Below are positions 51,158 to 58,101 of a DNA stretch of 58,101 nucleotides, in pieces. Below the pieces are notes generated by a model. The model was not told the origin of the DNA. It did not search any database and saw nothing but the letters and a program-made list of their open reading frames with translations. Origin of the DNA: an uncultured Acidobacteriaceae bacterium (GTDB lineage Bacteria > Acidobacteriota > Terriglobia > Terriglobales > Acidobacteriaceae); contig CAXTRW010000002.1 of assembly GCA_964246765.1 (NCBI GenBank), positions 1 to 58,101 of the forward strand, read 5' to 3'. The stretch's first letter is position 1, and every line of letters begins with the position of its first letter. A program made the position numbers and the translations under genes.

Positions 51158-52444
51158 ATGCGAAAATCTGTGCGAAAACCGCGGTTCACTCCGACGGTGT
51201 TTTCCCTTGTCCCGGTGTGCCTGCTGGTGGGCGGCTGCCAGGGCCGCGCCAACAACGCCCAAGGCCCGGCCCAGCCCCTGTCCGCAGCCGTTGCGCGGGT
51301 GCAGCGCGGGTCGATTTCCCACACCCTTTCGCTCGCCGGGCAGTTCCAGCCGTACCAGGTGGTGGAGGTACACGCCAAGGTTTCCGGCTACGTGCGGCAT
51401 ATTTATGTCGACATCGGCGACCGCGTGCACGCGGGGCAAACGCTGGCCACGCTGGAGATCCCGGAGCTGAACGCGCAGTACCGGGGCACACAGTCGGAGG
51501 CGCTGCGCTCAGAGGACGCCATTACGGCGGCGCAGGGCGAGGTGGCGCGGGCTCGCTCGCTCCACGCGGCGCTCCAGGCGAACTACACCCGGCTGCAGAA
51601 GGCCGCCGAGGAGCAGCCGGGCGTGATTGCCGCGCAGGAGCTGGACAATGCGCAGTCGCAGGCTGAAGCGTCGCAGGCGCAGATCGACGCCGCGCTGGCC
51701 GCTTTGTCCGGCGCGAAGCAGGGCGCGGCTTCGGCCACCGCCGACCAAGAGCGGGTCGGCGCCCTCCAGTCTTACACCACGGTGACGGCGCCCCTTACCG
51801 GCGTGGTGATCTGGCGCTTTGCCGATACGGGCGCGCTGATCCAGGCGGGCACCAGCTCCGACACGCAAAGCTTGCCGCTGATCAAGCTTTCCGAAAGCGA
51901 TCTGTTGCGGCTGCGGGTGCCCGTGCCGGAGGACGCGGTGCGCTACATCCACGAGGGCGACCCCATGCGGATTCGGGTCGATGCGCTGGGCCGGAGCTTT
52001 GAGGGCAAGGTGGTGCGGTTTACCCGTTCGCTGGACCCCGCGACGCGCACCATGGAAACCGAAGTGGACGTGCCCAACCCCAAGCTGGCTATCACGCCGG
52101 GCATGTACGCGAATACCTATCTGCAGCTGGCGCATGTGGACAACGTGCTGACCATTCCGATCGCCGCGGTGCAGGGAACGGGCAGCACCAGCATGGTGGC
52201 CGTGCTGAACGCGAACAACGAGGTGGAGCAGCGCGAGGTGCAGCTGGGGCTGCGCGGTTCGGTCCTGGTTGAGGTGACCGGCGGCCTGCGGGAGGGCGAC
52301 CGCGTGGTGCTGGGCGACCCGACCCAGTTCCACGACGGGGAGCGCATTGTGCCGCGCCTGCAAACAGAGCCGGCCAGCGACCAGATGCACGAAGAAGGCG
52401 GCATGACCGATCCGCAGGCCTCCGCCGGCGAAGGGAGCGAGTAG
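51158..52444 (+). CDS. RND efflux periplasmic adaptor (lipoprotein)
   Basis: Lipobox-like VGGC, AKVSGYV..VDIGDRV, APLTGVV, PGMYA. Confidence 0.95.
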   Translation: MRKSVRKPRFTPTVFSLVPVCLLVGGCQGRANNAQGPAQPLSAAVARVQRGSISHTLSLAGQFQPYQVVEVHAKVSGYVRHIYVDIGDRVHAGQTLATLEIPELNAQYRGTQSEALRSEDAITAAQGEVARARSLHAALQANYTRLQKAAEEQPGVIAAQELDNAQSQAEASQAQIDAALAALSGAKQGAASATADQERVGALQSYTTVTAPLTGVVIWRFADTGALIQAGTSSDTQSLPLIKLSESDLLRLRVPVPEDAVRYIHEGDPMRIRVDALGRSFEGKVVRFTRSLDPATRTMETEVDVPNPKLAITPGMYANTYLQLAHVDNVLTIPIAAVQGTGSTSMVAVLNANNEVEQREVQLGLRGSVLVEVTGGLREGDRVVLGDPTQFHDGERIVPRLQTEPASDQMHEEGGMTDPQASAGEGSE

Positions 52445-55400
52445 ATGCCGAAGTTCGCGCTGCGCTATCCCTTTTTTATCCTGATGCTTTGCCTGATGGT
52501 GCTGGTGGTCGGCGTGGTGAACGCCGGAACCATGGCGGTGGATCTGTTCCCCGACATTGATATCCCGGTCGTGGTGGTTGCGACGTTTTATTCCGGCATG
52601 CCGCCCGCGCAGATTGAAGCCGATATCACCGATACGTTTGAGCGGTTTTTTACGCTGGGCGCGAATATCGACCATATTGAGTCGCGCTCGCTCACCGGCG
52701 TTTCGCTCATTAAGGTGTATTTCCGGCCGGGCACCGACCCTAACTCGGCCGTGAGCAATATCTCGTCGCTGGCGCTGGCTGACCTGCGCCGTCTGCCGCC
52801 GGGCACGCTGCCGCCGGTGGTGCTGGGCATGACGGCGTCGAGCCAGCCCATTTGCCTGGTCACGCTCAAGGGCAAGGGGCTGAACGAAACGCAGCTGAAA
52901 GATTTGGCGCAGTTCCAGGTGCGCAACCAGATCGCCAACGTGCCCGGCGCGTCGGTGCCGCAGCCCTTCGGCGGGCGCTACCGGCAGATTCAGGTGTTTG
53001 TGGACCCGCTCAAGCTGGAAGCCCACAACATGAGCCTGATGGACGTGGTGAACAGCGTCGATGACTCGAACCTGATCCTGCCCGCGGGCGATGTGCGCAT
53101 CGGCACGCGCGACTTCAACATCTACGCCAACGCCCAGGTGCCCACGCCGGAGCAGATCAACTCCATGCCGCTCAAGTCGGTCGGGAACGCGTCGGTGCTG
53201 GTCGGCGACATCGGCCACGCGGAGGACTCGGGCGCGATCCAGACCAACATCGTCCGCATCGACGGGCAGCGCTCGGTGTATGTGCCGGTGCTGAAGCAGG
53301 CGGGCAAGAGCAACACCATTACGATCGTCAACGGCATGCGGGCGGCGGTTGCGAAGCTGGTCGATATCCCGTCGGTGCTGAAAACCTCGGTGGTCTTCGA
53401 TCAGTCGGTGTTTGTGAAGGGCGCGATCCGGAACCTGCTGAAAGAGGCGGGCATCGGGCTGCTGCTGACCGGGATCATGATCCTGGTCTTCCTGGGCAGC
53501 GGCCGCGCGACGGTGGCCGCGCTGATCGCGATTCCGCTGGCGGTGCTGACCTGCCTGCTGGTGGTGAATGCGATGGGCGGGACGGTGAACACGATGCTGC
53601 TGGGCGGCCTGGCGCTGGTGCTTTCGCGCCTGATCGACAACTCGGTGATCGTGCTTGAAAACATCTTCCGCTTCATGGAAGAAGGCTCCGCGCCCGATGT
53701 CGCCGCTGCTGAGGGCGGAACGGAGGTCGCGCTGCCGGTGCTTGCGGCGACGGTGACAACTTCGGTGGTGTTCTTTCCGGTGTTTCTGCTCGATGGGGTG
53801 AGCAAGTACCTGTTCACCGATCTGGCGTACGGCGTGGTGTTTTCGATCTTCGCGTCGTATGCGTTTTCGATGACGCTGGTGCCGCTGTTCTGCGCGAAGT
53901 TCATCCGCGGGCATGGCGAACACCACGCAAAGCCTTCGCTGTTCCAGCGGGGCGTGGGCCTGTTCAACCGGGGGTTCGCGGCCATGCTGGAGCGGTACGA
54001 GAGGCTGGCGTACCGGACCATTCGCAGGCCGGGGCTGGCCGCGGGGGTCATGCTGAGCGCGCTGGCGGTGGTGCTGGTCGTGTTCGCGCCGTTTCTGGGC
54101 CGGGCGTACTTTCCCCGCACCGACCCGGGGCAGTTCATCGTGAACGTTAAGATGCCGAGCGGCACGCGGCTGGAGGTGAGCGACCAGTACATCGCCAAGG
54201 TGGAAGGGGTGATCCGGCAGGTGGTCGCGCCGCACGACCTGGGCATGATTGTCTCCAACATCGGCACTACGCCCGATCTTTCATCGATTTATACGCCTAA
54301 CTCGACGATGGATACGGCGTTTGTGCAGGTTTCTCTGCAGGAAGACCACGCGGTCGGGAGCTACGCGTATATCGCGAAGGTGCGCGCGGCGCTGGCCTCT
54401 GAGCTGCCGGAGCTGGGCACGTACTTCCAGGCTGGGGGCCTGGTGGACTCGGTGATCAACCAGGGGCTGCCGGCGCCGATCGACATCCAGATCGGGTCGA
54501 ACAACCAGCAGGCCGCGTTTGCGCAGGCGCAGAAGCTGGCCGCGAAGCTGCGCGGGCTCTCGACCGTTTCCGACGTGTACATCCCGCAGGACCTCAAGTA
54601 CCCGGGCCTCGCGCTCGACATCGACCGCGAGCGGGCCTCGCTGATCGGGCTCTCGCCCAAGGGCGTGGTCGACAATGTGATCACCGCCATGACCTCGGAC
54701 GGCGTGATCGCGCCGAGCTACTGGATCGACCCGAAAACCGGAAACAACTACATGCTTACCGTGCAGTACTCGAACCAAAAGCTCGGCCACATGAGCATGG
54801 AGGAGTTCCAAAACATACCCCTGCGCGGGCACGACAGCACGGGCTACACACCCCTGCGCTCAGTCGCGTTTATCCACCAGATCAACACGCCGACCGAGGT
54901 GGACCACTACCAACTGCGGCGCGTCATCGATGTCTACGTGCAGCCGCGCGCCGAGTCGCTGACCGCGGTCAACGGGCAGGTGCAAAAGCTCATCGCGGGC
55001 GTGCCTACAGCGCACGGCATGCGCACCGTGATGCACGGGGCAGTGCAAAGCATGAACGTTGCGTTCCAGCGTTTCGGGCTGGGGCTGATCCTCGCGGTGG
55101 CGCTCGTGTACCTGATCCTGATGGCGCAGTTCACCTCGTTTATCGACCCGTTCATCATTCTGATGGCGGTGCCGCCGGGGCTCGCCGGGGTGGTGGTGAT
55201 GCTCGTGATCACGGGGTCCACGCTCAACATTATGTCGCTGATGGGCGTGATCATGATGGTGGGGATCGTGGTGTCGAACTCCATCCTGATCGTCGAGTTC
55301 GCGGGCATTCTGCAGGCCGGGGGCATGACGTATGCCAACGCGGTGGTGCAGTCGTGCAAGATTCGCCTGCGGCCGATTCTGATGACCTCGCTCGCGACGC

Positions 55401-55594
55401 TGCTGGGGTTGATCCCGCTGGCGCTGGGGCTGGAGGCGGGGAGCGAGCAGTACGCGCCGCTGGCCCGCGCGGTGATCGGCGGGTTGTCGGCGTCGGTGGT
55501 GATCACGGTGTTCCTGGTGCCCGCGGTGTACATGGTCGTACACGGGCGCAAGGACCGACGCAATGCAGACCGGGAGGGCGTGGCCAATGCGTAG
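52445..55594 (+). CDS. RND efflux permease
   Basis: 1049 aa; VDLFPDID, IDNSVIVLENI, RLRPILMTS. Confidence 0.97.
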   Translation: MPKFALRYPFFILMLCLMVLVVGVVNAGTMAVDLFPDIDIPVVVVATFYSGMPPAQIEADITDTFERFFTLGANIDHIESRSLTGVSLIKVYFRPGTDPNSAVSNISSLALADLRRLPPGTLPPVVLGMTASSQPICLVTLKGKGLNETQLKDLAQFQVRNQIANVPGASVPQPFGGRYRQIQVFVDPLKLEAHNMSLMDVVNSVDDSNLILPAGDVRIGTRDFNIYANAQVPTPEQINSMPLKSVGNASVLVGDIGHAEDSGAIQTNIVRIDGQRSVYVPVLKQAGKSNTITIVNGMRAAVAKLVDIPSVLKTSVVFDQSVFVKGAIRNLLKEAGIGLLLTGIMILVFLGSGRATVAALIAIPLAVLTCLLVVNAMGGTVNTMLLGGLALVLSRLIDNSVIVLENIFRFMEEGSAPDVAAAEGGTEVALPVLAATVTTSVVFFPVFLLDGVSKYLFTDLAYGVVFSIFASYAFSMTLVPLFCAKFIRGHGEHHAKPSLFQRGVGLFNRGFAAMLERYERLAYRTIRRPGLAAGVMLSALAVVLVVFAPFLGRAYFPRTDPGQFIVNVKMPSGTRLEVSDQYIAKVEGVIRQVVAPHDLGMIVSNIGTTPDLSSIYTPNSTMDTAFVQVSLQEDHAVGSYAYIAKVRAALASELPELGTYFQAGGLVDSVINQGLPAPIDIQIGSNNQQAAFAQAQKLAAKLRGLSTVSDVYIPQDLKYPGLALDIDRERASLIGLSPKGVVDNVITAMTSDGVIAPSYWIDPKTGNNYMLTVQYSNQKLGHMSMEEFQNIPLRGHDSTGYTPLRSVAFIHQINTPTEVDHYQLRRVIDVYVQPRAESLTAVNGQVQKLIAGVPTAHGMRTVMHGAVQSMNVAFQRFGLGLILAVALVYLILMAQFTSFIDPFIILMAVPPGLAGVVVMLVITGSTLNIMSLMGVIMMVGIVVSNSILIVEFAGILQAGGMTYANAVVQSCKIRLRPILMTSLATLLGLIPLALGLEAGSEQYAPLARAVIGGLSASVVITVFLVPAVYMVVHGRKDRRNADREGVANA

Positions 55595-56975
55595 ATTGCT
55601 TGTACTTCTGGCAGCGCTTTGCTGCACGGGGGCGCGCGCGCAAACCGCCCCGCCCGCCGCGCCCCAGCCGCAGATCGTTTTGGCGCCGAGCGCGGCACAG
55701 CCCCAGCCGCCGCCGCTTCAGCTTCCCGCGCCGCCGCCTGTGCCGAACATCCCCACGCTGACCCGCGCGCAGGCCGAGGCCCAGGCCCTCGGCAACAATC
55801 CGCGCATCACGGTCAGCCGCCTGCTCGCGCTGGCGCAGGGGCAGGTGGTGCGCCAGTCCCGCTCCGGCGAGTACCCGCTGGTGAACGGCAGCATCACCGC
55901 GGAGACGGCGTATGACGGTTCGCGCCTGGCTTCCGGCTCGCTCAGCGCCTCGCGCCTGCTCGAGCACGTGGGCGGGGGCGTGCTGGTGTCGCAGCTCATC
56001 ACCGACTTCGGACGCACCCACACCCTGGTCGCCTCGTCGAAGCTGGAGGTGCAGGCGCGGCAGGCCACGGAGCAGGCTACGCGCGAGGACGTGGTGCTGG
56101 TGACGGATCAGGCGTTTTTCGCGGCGCTCGAGGCCCAGGCCGTGCTGCGGGTCGCGCGGCAGACGGTTGCGACCCGGCAGGCCACGCAGACGCAGATTCG
56201 GCAGCTCACCCGGAACAATCTGCGCTCGACGCTCGACCAGTCCTTCGCGGACGTGAATGTGTCGCAGGCGCAGCTGCTGGCGCTCGACGCCGAGAACAAC
56301 GCGGACGCAGCGATGGCCGCGCTGGATGAGGTGCTGGGCCTGGACCACGCGCAGCCGTACACGCTGGTCGACGACCCGGGCGCGCCACCGCCTCCGCCGC
56401 CCGACGTGGACGTGCTGACGCAAATGGCCCTGAAGCAACGCCCTGACTTGCAAGCGCTGGATCACACGCGCGACTCCGAGGAAAAGTACAGCCGCTTTCA
56501 GAGCGACCAGCGGCTGCCGACGCTGTCCGCCTTCGGCACCGTGGGCGGCACGCCTGTGCGCAGCGGGCGGTACTTCCCATCCAGCTGGGATGGGGCGGTG
56601 GCGGGCAACCTGAACGTGCCCATCTTCAACGGCTTCCTGTTCTCGGCGCAGGCAAAAGAGACCGAGGAGCGGGCGCAGGCCACGGACGCGCAGGCTCAGG
56701 CGCTGCGCGACACCATTGTGCGCGACGTCCACACCGCGTGGCTGGACGCGAATAACAGCTTCGCGCGGATCAACGTGACGGCGCAGCTGCTGCGGCAGGC
56801 GAACGCCTCGTTGAGCCTGGCGCAGACTCGCTACAACCTGGGCCTGAGCTCCATTGTGGAGCTGAGCCAGGCGCAGCTCGCGCAGACGCAGGCCGACATC
56901 AGCTACACCGATGCCGGCTACCGCTACCGGGAGGCGCTGGCCGCGCTCGGCTTCCAAACCGGCCAGGCGCGGTAG
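55587..56975 (+). CDS. TolC family outer membrane factor
   Basis: Signal peptide, ALGNNP, QRPDL, VPIFNG, RYNLGLSSIVEL. Confidence 0.93.
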   Translation: MRRLLVLLAALCCTGARAQTAPPAAPQPQIVLAPSAAQPQPPPLQLPAPPPVPNIPTLTRAQAEAQALGNNPRITVSRLLALAQGQVVRQSRSGEYPLVNGSITAETAYDGSRLASGSLSASRLLEHVGGGVLVSQLITDFGRTHTLVASSKLEVQARQATEQATREDVVLVTDQAFFAALEAQAVLRVARQTVATRQATQTQIRQLTRNNLRSTLDQSFADVNVSQAQLLALDAENNADAAMAALDEVLGLDHAQPYTLVDDPGAPPPPPPDVDVLTQMALKQRPDLQALDHTRDSEEKYSRFQSDQRLPTLSAFGTVGGTPVRSGRYFPSSWDGAVAGNLNVPIFNGFLFSAQAKETEERAQATDAQAQALRDTIVRDVHTAWLDANNSFARINVTAQLLRQANASLSLAQTRYNLGLSSIVELSQAQLAQTQADISYTDAGYRYREALAALGFQTGQAR

Positions 56976-57004
56976 AAAAAGAGCCGTCCCCTCGGGGACG
57001 GCTC
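56976..57004 (-). terminator. Intrinsic terminator of the convergent TonB-dependent receptor gene
   Basis: Minus strand GAGCCGTCCCC-GA-GGGGACGGCTC-TTTTT. Confidence 0.8.
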
Positions 57005-57020
57005 GATCGAACAGGGAGCG

Positions 57021-58101
57021 CTAGAAGTTGACCTTGAGCGCGAACTGGCCGAACCGGCGCTCGTCGTTGGCGCCGCCGTAGTAGCCGGAGCCGCCTTTTC
57101 TGGCCTGGATGGGCAGCGGGGCGCCGTAGCCGGTCTGGGCCACGTCGGTCAGGGTTTCCAGGGTGTACAGGTTGTGGTGGTTGAGGATGTCGAAGCCCTC
57201 GGCCCGGAACTCAAGCGCGAGGCCTTCCCGGATGGGAAAGCTTTTGCTCGCGGCCAGGTCAAAGTTCCACGCGCCCGGCCCGACAAACGAGTTGCGCCGG
57301 GTCATGCCCGCCGGATACGGGCCGAAGTCGGCGATCCCGGTTGCGGCAGCCTGGGCTGCGGTGAGCTGGCCGCTGCGGTTGGGCGAAGGCCCGTACGCGG
57401 GGTTGCCGAACGCCTGGGCCGCGGGTAGGTTGGCCAGCAGAAAGTCGTTCGGCGCGAGCTGACTGACCGCGCCGGCGTCGTGGAACTTGATCGGCCCGCC
57501 GTTTGCCGCCGGCGTGTAGCGCACGATGCCCTGCTGGTACGGAGCGTTCAGGCTGTTGGTGCTGTCGACGTAGCTGAAGGGCGTCCCCGTGCGCACCGTG
57601 TAGATGGCGCTCACGTGGTAGCCGCCCAGCGCCTCGCCCTTGAGGTTGCTCTGGCCCTTGAACCAAGGGGTGTCCCAGATGGGCGCCATGGTGAACCGGT
57701 TGCGGATGTCGTAGTCCGACGCGCCCTTGTCCAGGCCCGGGTCGAGCGGGTTGAGATAGCCGAGGTTTCCCACGCCATTGGCTGTGCTGTTGCTGGAGGA
57801 AAAGGTCGAGCTGACGTTGTCGATCGAGTGCGACCAGGTGTAGTTGGCTACCAGGCTCAGCCCGGAGCGGGCCAGGTTGGTCGCCTGGAAGCTCACGTTG
57901 AGCGCCTGGTAGTAGGAGTCGCCGTTGGAGCCGCGATTGTTGATGGAGCTGTACTGGTTGTTGGGGCGGGAGTAGTGATAGGTCTGCGTTCCATCCGCGT
58001 TGGTGGTGGGGGCAAACGAGTCGCCCAGGTAGATATTGCCCGCGCCCAGCTCGTTGTAGTTCTTGATGTCATACAGGTGGGTGCCGCGGGCCGCCGCGTA
58101 C
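57021..58101 (-). CDS. TonB-dependent receptor (Oar-like), C-terminal part
   Basis: NYTWSHSID, SDYDIRNRF, RNSFVGPG, RFGQFALKVNF; frame open to the window end. Confidence 0.92.
   Translation of the reverse strand, partial: YAAARGTHLYDIKNYNELGAGNIYLGDSFAPTTNADGTQTYHYSRPNNQYSSINNRGSNGDSYYQALNVSFQATNLARSGLSLVANYTWSHSIDNVSSTFSSSNSTANGVGNLGYLNPLDPGLDKGASDYDIRNRFTMAPIWDTPWFKGQSNLKGEALGGYHVSAIYTVRTGTPFSYVDSTNSLNAPYQQGIVRYTPAANGGPIKFHDAGAVSQLAPNDFLLANLPAAQAFGNPAYGPSPNRSGQLTAAQAAATGIADFGPYPAGMTRRNSFVGPGAWNFDLAASKSFPIREGLALEFRAEGFDILNHHNLYTLETLTDVAQTGYGAPLPIQARKGGSGYYGGANDERRFGQFALKVNF

Noticed and set aside
51509-54235. 908-aa minus-strand ORF (and similar long ORFs at 48195-50045, 55503-56957, 23093-24145, 2919-3905)
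   Set aside because: Antisense shadows of clear genes; high-GC codon bias leaves the opposite strand stop-poor; no recognisable motifs.

Overview
GC-rich bacterial chromosome segment; the gene repertoire (Oar-type TonB-dependent receptors, DUF1800/DUF1501, long HslU, expanded PgeF) suggests Acidobacteriota (inference). Bases 1-7326 are one end of an integrative conjugative element at the 3' end of tRNA-Glu(TTC): virB10/9/4/3/2, a frameshifted LysR regulator, an excisionase and a tyrosine integrase. The rest is mostly housekeeping (IHF/HU, pgeF, phoH-ybeY-hlyC-era, rpsT, mrp, clpB, prfA/prmC, ATP-dependent ligase, hslVU, RND pump) with small accessory inserts. Most notable: (1) a secreted 87-aa peptide with 12 Cys plus a secreted partner gene, behind a promoter containing a T8 tract; (2) a small nuclease-toxin/immunity-like pair and an antisense PD-(D/E)XK-like ORF wedged between prfA and prmC; (3) a membrane leader ORF ending in RRRPPP (candidate ribosome-arrest peptide) ahead of the RND operon, preceded by five 11-bp direct repeats; (4) three copies of a ~116-bp TA-flanked MITE overlapping stop codons; (5) an M24 'peptidase' with two substituted metal ligands; (6) three further type II toxin-antitoxin modules. 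Family calls come from reading motifs; no database searches were run, so novelty is unverified.
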